DNA of 64,000 nucleotides from a virus (Duplodnaviria; Caudoviricetes): IMG/VR virus record IMGVR_UViG_3300021255_000109, positions 64,001 to 128,000 of that record; one strand, 5' to 3'. Shown piece by piece: positions 41,201 to 51,255 of this stretch (position 1 is its first letter; each line of letters starts with the position of its first letter). The notes under the pieces were generated by a model. It saw only the letters and a program-made list of their open reading frames with translations, ran no database searches and was not told where the DNA came from. The position numbers and the translations under genes were made by a program.

Positions 41201-42007
41201 TATGAAAAGCCCTCGGGTCATACCGACCTCAGGGGCAACTTCTCAAAGAGGAACTAGAGCAGGCGCGCTCCGTGATGGTTTAAGTATAGCACATTCAATC
41301 CAAAAAGTCAAGCACTTTTTTATTTTTTTTGTGGGTATCTTGATTTTCTGGAGGTCATTCCTTCCTGACGATTTTATCTTAACATATTTCGGGCTATTTG
41401 TCAAGCCCTTTTTTCTTTTTTCTGACTTCTTTTATTTTGTCGATAATTGCAAACAAAATTATCATGACCGGCGGCTCAAAAATAACAAACAGAAGCAGAT
41501 AAACAAACGGATTATTATTTTCAAGTGCGCGTGCTATCGTAAACATCTTATTTATCCTCTCTTTCTTTTTCTCTTTCCAGTTTTTCGGATTCAAAATCCT
41601 CTTTACTGTAATATATCAGGGGCTGCCCGGTGCGGTATCTTTCTTCATCTTCTTGGAACATAATTTCCGCAAGTCGTTCAATTTTATTCATTTCTTCCCA
41701 TGCTTTCATTTTGTTATCTCCCTTTCTCTTGATAGTTCTATTTTAACATACTCTCAGAAGCTTGTCAAGAGCTTTTTAAAAACTTGTATTTTTCTTTCCG
41801 GGTATAGCTTCCTTTCCCTTTGCGGTTTTGGATCTGTCCGCCTTTCTTCTTAAACTTGAGGTACTCCTGCAATTCCTCAGGAGTCATTTTAAACATCCGC
41901 CTTATTTTTGTATTTTTCATTTGAAAAATCTCCTTTCCTCTGATGATTCTATCTTAGCACACTTTTGATCTGTTGTCAAGTGTTTTTTGATGGAAAGATT
42001 GAGTTTT

Positions 42008-42415
42008 TTATAACTCAATCTTTCCGCCTTTAACCTCAAGCCAAATCGCCTTATATCCGGCCTTCTCCCATTGTTTACAATTAGCTTTCTTATCATCGAC
42101 CAAAATCCCGGCCTCTCTGATATAGTCCACTTTATTGCCATGTCCTACGATTGCAATTATATTTTCAATCGGGATTTCAGGCAACATTTCAGCAAGCCAA
42201 TCAATTCTTGCTTGTTTAGTTATTTCGTTGGCTACTATTGTGTTTATGTAAACCTGTGCGCCGTGCGCTATCAGATTTTTGACTATCTGGACATTTTCCG
42301 TAAACGGCTTCAAATTTCTAATGAAGTTATAGGTTAAGGACTCTGCCCGGTTATCTTTATTGTATACGCTGTGGAAATCTGCGAGAACGCCGTCAACATC
42401 AAAGTAGTAAGTCAT
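42008..42415 (-). CDS. HAD-superfamily 5'(3')-nucleotidase-like protein, second copy
   Basis: YFDVDGVLADF, ILVDD. Confidence 0.85.
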   Translation of the reverse strand: MTYYFDVDGVLADFHSVYNKDNRAESLTYNFIRNLKPFTENVQIVKNLIAHGAQVYINTIVANEITKQARIDWLAEMLPEIPIENIIAIVGHGNKVDYIREAGILVDDKKANCKQWEKAGYKAIWLEVKGGKIEL

Positions 42416-43001
42416 TTTTTTTATCTCCCTTCTCTCATCTGACAAGTATAGTATATCAAACGCCCGGGCATTTGTCAATAGTTTTTTGAAAGAAAATTAA
42501 ATTCGCACAATTTGGCAAAAATTTGCCAATTGTATACACAATTTGAAAAACGGCCGAGGTCAATTGTCTGACAATTGACCCCCTTTCTTTTAATTGCGTG
42601 TCGATTAGTAGAATTCTTCCTGCTCCTGTGCATAATAGAATCTTTCATCACACAGCGCCGGCATCCCGTTCCACAGCTTTTCTGGCTTCTCCTGATTGAT
42701 TCTGTTCGCATCTTGCTGGACTTTTGCCAGCGGCGCATTGCTTATATATGCCAGATAAGTTTCGCCAGTTTCAATTTCCTTATAGCACATCGTTCTAATC
42801 ATTTTAATTGTCTCCCTTCTCTGCAAATTCTTTCTTTGACCGTCCGGCCATTCTCAGCATTGTTTAATACAACATAAGCATGAGTATATTCAGCGCAAGC
42901 CCTATTAAATAGCTTTTCGGCTTCTTCTCTTGTTTCTACCTTGAAGCCATATCTCATGAAATTCACAGTAACATAGAACATTTTTTTGCCCACTCCTTTC
43001 T

Positions 43002-43265
43002 TTATAATGTGAAATCATCTATCGGCAGCTTCATAATTGTGATACCCTTATCTTCATCTATATAAGAGTATCCGAAGCTCTCTGCATCTCTCTCCTGCAC
43101 TTCACTCAGCACTTTTTCATAGTCAATATAATCATCGGTTTCATTATAGATTGCCTGCACCATGCGTGCCGCTTTTTCCGGAGTGCTTGCCAACCAGATA
43201 CCATCATCATCAAATCCATCATAGCGCACTACCCAAACCATCATCTTCGTATTAGCTTTCTTCAT
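43002..43265 (-). CDS. hypothetical early protein
   Basis: Own promoter and AGGAG RBS. Confidence 0.7.
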   Translation of the reverse strand: MKKANTKMMVWVVRYDGFDDDGIWLASTPEKAARMVQAIYNETDDYIDYEKVLSEVQERDAESFGYSYIDEDKGITIMKLPIDDFTL

Positions 43266-43904
43266 TGTTTTTTTCTCCTTTTCTCTGTTGTGCTTTTATT
43301 CTATCATATTTGCCCGGGCTTGTCAAGCCCTTTTTCAATTTTTTTTATAGGTGAGGGGATTTAATCAATCCCCTCGCAGGTAACCTCTACGCAAAGGAAG
43401 ATAAAGGTCAGCTTCCAAAGCATCCGGGTTGTGAGGTCATAAACGAGGATTGCGCTTTCTGCGACTTCCTTGATTTCCAGACCTAACATCATATCCAGAG
43501 CGTCAAGCGCTTCATTCTCAGACATACCGCAGAAGATATCTTCCCAATCAGTTCTTTCAATCATTTTCTTATCTCCTCTCTTGTATTGTGCCTTCATTAT
43601 AGCACCGATCTGTTGATTTGTCAAGTTTTTTTTAAAAATTTTTTTCGGTCGGGTTTCTTCAGCTCTCGCTGAAGAAAACCCTTTTGACTTCTGCGACTTC
43701 TTCCGGCTCTAACAGAGCCTTCAGAATGTCGTCGATAGATGCACCATATCTCAAAGCCTCATTTACACTAAAATCCATTTTCTTATCTCCTCTCTGTTGG
43801 GGCTTCTCTCTTACCCCTTACACCTGTATCTTATCACCTTTGCCCGGGCTTGTCAAGCCCTTTTTCAATTTTTTTAAAAATTTTTTTGGCCGTTTGGGCT
43901 TGCA

Positions 43905-44099
43905 TTAGCAAGCCCTTACGATTTTCTTGAGCGCCACAAGCTTGAGATTCCAGTCGCAAGCCGTGAACACAAGACCGTATTTTGCAGCGTCCTGTCTGAT
44001 TTCGTCGGCGCGTCTTGTGGTTTCGTCGTCGCCAAAATCAAAACCGTTACTGTTCAGTCTGTAGAACTCATTAGCATTTTCAGAAGTAAGAATCATCAT
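43905..44099 (-). CDS. hypothetical early protein (first gene of the array)
   Basis: Own promoter and GAGGA RBS. Confidence 0.65.
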   Translation of the reverse strand: MMILTSENANEFYRLNSNGFDFGDDETTRRADEIRQDAAKYGLVFTACDWNLKLVALKKIVRAC

Positions 44100-45031
44100 T
44101 TTTTTAATCTCCTCTCTTTTGAGCTTCTCTCTTGCTCTGTGCCTTTATCTTATCACACTTGCCCGGGCTTGTCAAGCACTTTTTCAAATTTTTTTAAAAA
44201 ATTTTTTTGCCCTGTTTTTGGGCTTGCCTGATTGCCTTGCATCATCATAATAACACAAGCCTTTTTTGCTGTCAACAAAAATTTGCTTTTTTGCCTGTCA
44301 AAATATTGTACGGTTTTTGCATGTTTTTTGTGCATTTTTACTAACCTGTTTTTTCACGAAAACGTTTTTGCTCATTTGAGCTTTACGAAAACGTTTTCGT
44401 TGATTTATCACAGCGAAAACGTTTTCGTTGACCATGTTTTTACGAAAACGTTTTCGCTACAACAGCGAATTGATGAAAGTTGCTTGTTAAAATTTTAACA
44501 ATCTTTGCCCTGGAATCCGTCTAAACTTTTAAACGTTTAAGTTTGTAAACAATCGCTTGTTAAATTTTTAACAATCTCGGACAGAGGGTGAACGTATGTT
44601 CGGGCAGAATACCAGTTCGGTTAGTTAGTCTTAACTAACTGCCCGCACATTTGTTCGGTGAATGTATGTTCGGTTAGTTAGTCTGAACTAACCGCACACA
44701 TGTTCGCCCAAACGTTAGTTCGGTTAGTTAGTCTAACCTAAGTTAGTTAGTCGTAACTAACTCACCGCTCCAATCGTCCGATTTATAGTTAGTTTAGATT
44801 AACTGAGTTAGTTAGTCGTAACTAACTCGCCCGTGCAAGAATTATTTTTAAATAATTGCACAATTTGATGAATTGTCTGACAATTTCCTAATTTTTTACC
44901 AATTGTGTACACAATTCGAGCAACGGCCGAGGCCGGTTGTCAGACAATTTAATCAATTGTGTTGCAATTGATTTACTGGATGAACTGGCGCTTTACTAAA
45001 AAAATTTTTTCATTTTTTTTGAAAAAAAGTA

Positions 45032-45060
45032 TTGACAAGACCGTTTTTATCGTTTATAAT
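45032..45060 (+). promoter_or_regulatory. consensus sigma-A promoter
   Basis: TTGACA-N17-TATAAT. Confidence 0.85.
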
Positions 45061-45093
45061 AGAGCCAAGAAAACAAGAGAGGAGATCAAAAAA

Positions 45094-45393
45094 ATGACAA
45101 GTCAGCACTACACCAACGACAGAGAGAGAAGAGAAGCCTTAATTCAGATGATCGGATACGGAGAGATCATCAAAACCGTGGAAATCGACAGAGGACATAG
45201 AAACGGCCCTGAGATCCACAAGGTCAGCACCACCGGAATCGTAACAATTTATAATAAGCGTTCCGGCGTAATGATAACCAAACTGATTGCCCGCCCGAAC
45301 CAAATTAGAAGATACTTCGAAGGCGGAAACGCTCCGGCTGAACTCTTAAACATTGCAAGAGATCACCAGCGTCTCGGATACAATGAAGCGTGA
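45094..45393 (+). CDS. hypothetical protein embedded in the repeat array
   Basis: 99 aa, GAGGAG RBS, consensus promoter, terminator hairpin 45378-45415. Confidence 0.8.
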   Translation: MTSQHYTNDRERREALIQMIGYGEIIKTVEIDRGHRNGPEIHKVSTTGIVTIYNKRSGVMITKLIARPNQIRRYFEGGNAPAELLNIARDHQRLGYNEA

Positions 45394-46279
45394 AAACGCT
45401 TCATTGTATTTTTTTAGATAAAAGTAGTTAGTTAGTCTTAACTAACCAGCGCACACATCTGTTCGGTTAGTTAGTCTTAACTAACTCTTGTTCGTTTATT
45501 CTTTTAAACAGATTAGTTATAACTAACTGAGTTAGTTAGTCTTAACTAACCTAACTACATTCTTAGGTTTGTAGTTTAGTTAGTTAGTCATAACTAACTC
45601 TTGTGTTAGCTATTCCTAACTTAGTTAGTTTAAACTAACTAAGTTAGTTAGTCATAACTAATTCATTGCTTCTGTAATCTGTTTAGTTAGTTAGTCTTAA
45701 CTAACTCTTTTGGTCTAATCCTTGGTTAGTCCTAACTAACTTGATTAGTTAGTCTTAACTAACTCTCTTGTTTAACGATTAACCTTAGTTAGTTAGTCTT
45801 AACTAACTGTTTTGTTTAACGATTAACCTTAGTTAGTTAGTTGTAACTAACTCATTGCTTCTGTACTTTGTTCAGTGGTTAGTTAGTCGTAACTAACTCT
45901 TTGCTTGTGCGCTCTGTTGGTTAGTTAGCACTAACTAACGACCATTTGTTCGGTTAGTCATGACCAACTACGTCTCGTCTTGGCTACAGTTAGCCATGAC
46001 TAACTACAGTTAGTTAGTCTTAACTAACTCCATGCTCCAATCGTCTAATTTAATAAAAATGGTTAGTTTAGACTAACTCAGTTAGTTAGTCGTAACTAAC
46101 TCCGCTGTTCTGTGTTTAGATAAATAAAAATACTTGAGTTAGTTAGTCGTAACTAACTCAGTTAGTCATGACTAACTCAAACTACTATTTTTGTAGAATA
46201 GCAAGAATTACAAATAACTACAATCTACGTTTTTAGTTATTTAGTCAATTCATCAAATCAACTAAATAACTACAAAATT

Positions 46280-46606
46280 AGATTTGTCTGACAATTCGCA
46301 CAATTGTCAGACAAAACTACAACCTTAGATTTGTCTGACAATTCATTAAATTATCTGACAATTCTGAAAACTCCAATCGTCAGATAATTCACTAAATTGT
46401 CAGAAAATTCAGAAAATTCACGCAATTCAAAAGATTCAGAATTGTCAGACAATTTGGCGAGTTATCTGACAATTCTAATTGTGTAGAATTGTCAGACAAT
46501 TCACTGAATTGTCTGACAATTAATTGTGTACACAATTTAGGCAATTTTCTGACAATTCTACAAGCGTAGAATTGTCAGAAAATTTTCCGAATTGTCTGAC
46601 AATTGC
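46280..46606. repeat. second AATTGTC(A/T)GACAATT array
   Basis: More than 10 copies, same motif as 40790-41200. Confidence 0.85.
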
Positions 46607-47472
46607 GAAACTCGGCGCGCCTCGCCCGTGGGCGCGCCGACGCAGATGCTTTATTACCTTTGGTGTTCCTTTATATTCTGTCCTTATGTTATAATATGTT
46701 ATATTGTTATGTATGTTATGTTGTGTTATGTGTTTGTTCTTATTATTGTTATGTTTGTGTTCATTGAGTGTTGCTTTATTGCTGTTTATGTGTTTGTGTG
46801 TGTTGTGCCTTTGCTCTCTTTGTGTGTTTGTTGTGTCTCTGTGCTTGTGCTGATGTCCTTGCTGCCTGCATGCGCCCTTCGCGCACTCATTAATTGTGTG
46901 CTCTTGCTGTTATTATACTGTATTATACTGATGATGTCCTACATTCGTTTGATCTATTGTCATACTATTGGTCTATTGCTATTTGTGTCTACTGTATGTT
47001 TGCTAGTGCAATAGTACAACAGTGTGTATGTGTTTATCTCTTGTGCTTATTGTGCTGTGTGAATGTGTCTCTTGTGCGCTTGACCGTATTAGTATACTGC
47101 ATGTGTGATGCTATTATCTTTTCTACTCTTGTATTGTTATTGTGTATGTGTTTGCATTGTTAGTATTTGCTCTTGTTTTAATAGACTCTATTAAATAAAA
47201 AGAAATGTATTCAACTAAAATAAGAGTTGAATACATTTCTATATTTATTTCACTTTATTTTGTTGTCAACAACTTTGTTGTATTGCTTTCTTCTATATTT
47301 CTTTTTCTGGGGATTTGTAGACGGTCTGTTGCAGGTACCTCGCGCGATCGCGCCAATAGACGTCTATAGGATTGTCAGATTTTTTCCAGATAGAAAACAA
47401 AAGAAAGCTAAGTGGGGGTGGGTTTTCGGGCAAAAAATTTTTTCGAACATGTGTTTTGATTTGGCCTGGTCA

Positions 47473-47589
47473 CAACTCTTTCAAAATGAATTTTCAATTT
47501 CAAGACACGAGCAACTCTTTCAAAACCAATTTTTAATTTCAAGACACGAACAACTCTTCCTAAATCGTTTTTTAAATTCAAGAAACGAA
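47473..47589. repeat. three degenerate 39-bp tandem repeats
   Basis: CAACTCTTTCAAAA..TTTTYAATTTCAAGACACGA. Confidence 0.65.
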
Positions 47590-47594
47590 AATAC

Positions 47595-47996
47595 TTACTC
47601 ATCTCCATATAGTTGTCCAGAAATCCTCTTTCCCAAGTCCATACTGGAAACCACATCCCCAGAAGCCCATTTTACAGTTTCCGCATCTATCATATCATTT
47701 TCATCAATCCACTGTTTACATCTTAAAAACTTATACTGGCAATATCCTTCCAGATACTTCCCCAGTGTAAATCCTGCTCTTACTTCTGTGATAACGTCTT
47801 CCGTACTGCATAAATAGCTCTCAGAACCAATATGCTCACCGCTACCACCGCACATACTACACTCAATTTCTTCTCCATTTGCCGCAACTACTTCTCCTGT
47901 TCCATTACAATATTCACATTTCTCTACAACAGCTTTCAACTTTTTCCTATAAAACTTAATTACATCTCCAACATTATACTTCGTCTTAAAAACCAT
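47595..47996 (-). CDS. DnaJ-type zinc-finger protein
   Basis: CEYCNGTG..CSMCGGSG. Confidence 0.75.
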   Translation of the reverse strand: MVFKTKYNVGDVIKFYRKKLKAVVEKCEYCNGTGEVVAANGEEIECSMCGGSGEHIGSESYLCSTEDVITEVRAGFTLGKYLEGYCQYKFLRCKQWIDENDMIDAETVKWASGDVVSSMDLGKRISGQLYGDE

Positions 47997-48002
47997 TGCG
48001 CT

Positions 48003-48269
48003 TTACCTATTTTTTCCCAATAAATCTTGTAATTTTTGGGGAATTTCCTCACCAAGCTCCTCCAAAATTTCTTTACATGTCACATATTTTGACATATCTT
48101 CAGTATCTTCTTTAGATACGCAAATATACTTACCGCATGTTCCAAAAACAATTTCATCACCTGTTCCAATACCAAAACGATGTCTTAACCCGGAAGGAAT
48201 TGAAATCCTTCCGAGCGCATCAACTCTGCGCGAAATATTTTCTGGAACAACATCCATACTCACATTCAT
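48003..48269 (-). CDS. AbrB/MazE/SpoVT-family DNA-binding protein
   Basis: RRVDALGRISIPSGLR..GIGTGD. Confidence 0.8.
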   Translation of the reverse strand: MNVSMDVVPENISRRVDALGRISIPSGLRHRFGIGTGDEIVFGTCGKYICVSKEDTEDMSKYVTCKEILEELGEEIPQKLQDLLGKNR

Positions 48270-48273
48270 GCGC

Positions 48274-48609
48274 TTAACCCTCCGGGGTACTCTTTACAGG
48301 CGTTTCCGCAGGAGTACCTTCATCCTCTTTATTACCCGTAGGAGCAGCAACGCAAAAGATATGCCATATATATCCCTCTTCATCCTTCACCGTACCGCAA
48401 TACCCTGCGTTATCCATAACTTCTTCATCACCACCAGTCAGTTCCCAACCAGTACCAATTTTAAAGAAGTCAAGTGCTCTCTTCTCCTGAATCTTATCAT
48501 CAAGAATAACCCACACAACAGGCTCACCATATTGTAGCTTAGCCTGCAAAACCTGTTTAATCGGGCCTTCACAATGCCCAGGAACCTTATATTTCCAAAT
48601 CTTTACCAT
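48274..48609 (-). CDS. hypothetical protein
   Basis: KIWKY..QLQYGEPVVW..GTG..GTV..IWHIF. Confidence 0.7.
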   Translation of the reverse strand: MVKIWKYKVPGHCEGPIKQVLQAKLQYGEPVVWVILDDKIQEKRALDFFKIGTGWELTGGDEEVMDNAGYCGTVKDEEGYIWHIFCVAAPTGNKEDEGTPAETPVKSTPEG

Positions 48610-48909
48610 TTTCTTTCTTTTCCTTTTCCTCTTGTTCTTTCTTCAACATCTCCTCATGGTATTTTTCTGCGGCTTCATCTGCTAATGCAGCCGCGTAAAT
48701 CATCGCATATAAGCATACCATAAAAAATGCTACAACAGCTAAAATAAATAGCACTAATAGAATCATTGAAAAATCCTTTCTTTATTTTCTATTTATATTA
48801 TATCATAATTTTTTTTAACAGTCAATTTTTTAGCAATAAAGCTCTCCCAATAGAGACTTGACAGTTAGCAAAAATTTTGGTACAATTAGATTAATGGAGG
48901 TATTCAAAA

Positions 48910-49989
48910 ATGGTAAAATTAGATTATACTTTAGAATCTCCAGAGGAACGATTAGCATTAGTCGAAAAGATTCTTGAGGAAAACCCCGGACCAAATAATT
49001 CCTATTTAGAAATCTTGGCTGACTATCTGGTTCTTTGTATGGAGAAAAAAGAGAAAAAAGAGCGTAAAATTCTTACAGAGAATCGCATGGCAACAATCAA
49101 CAAAAGAGAAACATCATTTGAAGGGCTAGTTGCTCAATTTGAAAATGGTGAAGATGGCATATATAATTTAATAACAGATAACAAGAAAAATCAAATATTT
49201 TAGCCTAAGATTTCAATAACAAAAAAAGATTTAGAAGAAATTCCTTATTTATTATAGATTAGAGAAGCGATTGCGTTTTGGGAGGAAAAATTAAAGACAG
49301 CCTCAGGACGTAATGCTTTCATCATTAAATCAACAATTATTGATTTGCGGAAAGACCAATATATTGTAAAAGAAGCTTTTCGACAACCAGTAGTATTAAA
49401 AACAATTACTAGGACTCGTTCTTATATTCCTTTTGATGAAAGTATTACATTCGATAAAGATGGCTTTTGCGTGCCGCACGGCGTCTCATTCCTTGACCCA
49501 AATGTTTGTTCTGCGGTTTTGTGTAATTATTCACGTCTAAAAGAGGATTGTTGGGGTAATTTTGAAAAAGATACTTGGTACTTTATGGAAGACTTTGATG
49601 CGCTTTGCGGCAAAGCTCTTGCGGATTACCCTATGTACGAACGCATTGTCTAGCTCAAGATCGACGGTAAACAGAACATCGAGATCCAAGAAACTTTAAT
49701 TGATGAATTTGGAATTAAACATAGTTTAGAATACATTTCTAGCCTTTGGCGCAAAAAAATCCCAAGTCTTATTGCTTCTGCTGCAGAAGATGAGTATCTC
49801 GATTGGTATTATTTAGAAGTAGAAAAAGGTAAATATAAGCGTTGTAGTAGATGCGGTCAAATCAAACTTGCCCATAATAAATATTTTTCAAAGAATAAAA
49901 CATCAAAGGATGGCTTTTACAGTATTTGTAAATGCTGCCGCAATAAGAAAAAAGTCCCAGTTATGATTGCCGTGGACAAAAAAAGCTAA
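48910..49989 (+). CDS. putative transcription regulator (HTH + CxxC), code 15
   Basis: 359-codon frame when TAG is read; EYISSLWRKKIP and CSRCG..CKCC; upstream TTGACA-N17-TACAAT. Confidence 0.6.
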
Positions 49990-50031
49990 TTCTTATCACG
50001 CGTTTTTTGATGTTATATAGGAGGTAATATT

Positions 50032-51255
50032 ATGGCAAAAAATGATAAAGCTTATTACTGCGAAAAATGCGGTAAAACAATGAACGCAGATAATTTTTAT
50101 ACTTCTAATAATCTGGAAAAATACCCTAATGATGGAAAATTAAATCAATGCAAAAAATGTATTACAATGCATGTAGATAATTATCGGCCAGAAACTTACC
50201 TATGGATTTTAAAGGAAATTGATGTTCCATATATTCCAGAAGAATGGAATAAAATTTTGCAATCGTATATTAACGCAAATAGAAAAATGACAGGTTTATC
50301 AGTGCTTGGTAGATACCTTTCAAAGATGAAGTTAGTTCAATTCTGTAATGCGCGCTGGGCTGATACAGAAAAACTACAAGAGTTAGCACAGAAAAAGATT
50401 CGTGAGACTATGAGGCGTCAAGGCTATAGTGAGGCTGACATCGAAGAAACCATTATGAAAGGTACTGTGCCGATTCCTGAGAATGTCTCAGAGCCACCTG
50501 CGCCGACCCTTCCTCCGCCAAATGTTGATGACTATTTTGCGCGAGTCTCTGGTGGTGAGGTCGATGATGACGAGTTCGATGAGGAACTCACGGACGAAGA
50601 CCGCAAATATCTAAGACTGAAATGGGGCAAAGCCTATAAACCTGAAGAGTGGGTGCGCTTGGAGCAATTATATAACGAGATGATGGAATCTTATGATATT
50701 CAGTCTGCTGGACATATCGACATCCTTAAAAAGTGCTGTAAGACATCCCTTAAAGCTGATTAGCTCTTGGATATAGGTGATGTTGAAGGCGCCCAGAAGA
50801 TGGTTCGTATGTATGATATGCTTATGAAAGCTGGTAAGTTCACAGCAGCGCAAAATAAAGGTGAATCTGGTGATGCTGTTGATTCTGTGAGTGAATTATT
50901 TGCATTATGTGAAACAGATGGTTTCATTCCCCGCTTTTACACAGATGGACCGCAAGATAAAGTCGATCGTACTATTCAAGACTTACAGAACTATACAGGT
51001 ACATTAATTAGAGAAGAACTTAACCTTGGCAACTTAATTGAAGGAGCTATAAAACAAATCGAAATTGATAAGCAAAAAGAGGCTCAGCAAGATGCGGATG
51101 CCGCAGATGATGACGATCTTCTTGAGCAAGAGTTATTCGCAGATACCAATACAGAAGTCACAGATGAGGATTTTTCTGAGTTTAATGATTGGGAAGAATC
51201 AGAAGAAGCCGAACAAGATGAGTTATACAAAAAACTTGAAAGTGGTGAATTGTAA
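50032..51255 (+). CDS. zinc-finger protein, putative terminase small subunit (code 15)
   Basis: Two tracked ORFs join across TAG 50761-50763; stop overlaps terL start. Confidence 0.6.

Larger units (their letters stand above)
44620..46180. repeat. array of (A)GTTAGTTAGTCNTAACTAAC(T) / GTTAG-N6-CTAAC palindromes
   Basis: About 30 copies with variable spacing, interrupted by the 45094 gene. Confidence 0.9.

Noticed and set aside
40799-41257. Overlapping ORFs on both strands
   Set aside because: Artefacts of palindromic AATTGTCAGACAATT repeats; no RBS.
45420-46180. CRISPR array
   Set aside because: Spacing is irregular, spacers are partly duplicated and contain the repeat motif, the motif is also scattered through 28-39 kb, and no cas gene is seen.
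46592-47163. Cys/Val/Leu-rich ORFs
   Set aside because: Translation of a TG-rich low-complexity tract; no RBS.
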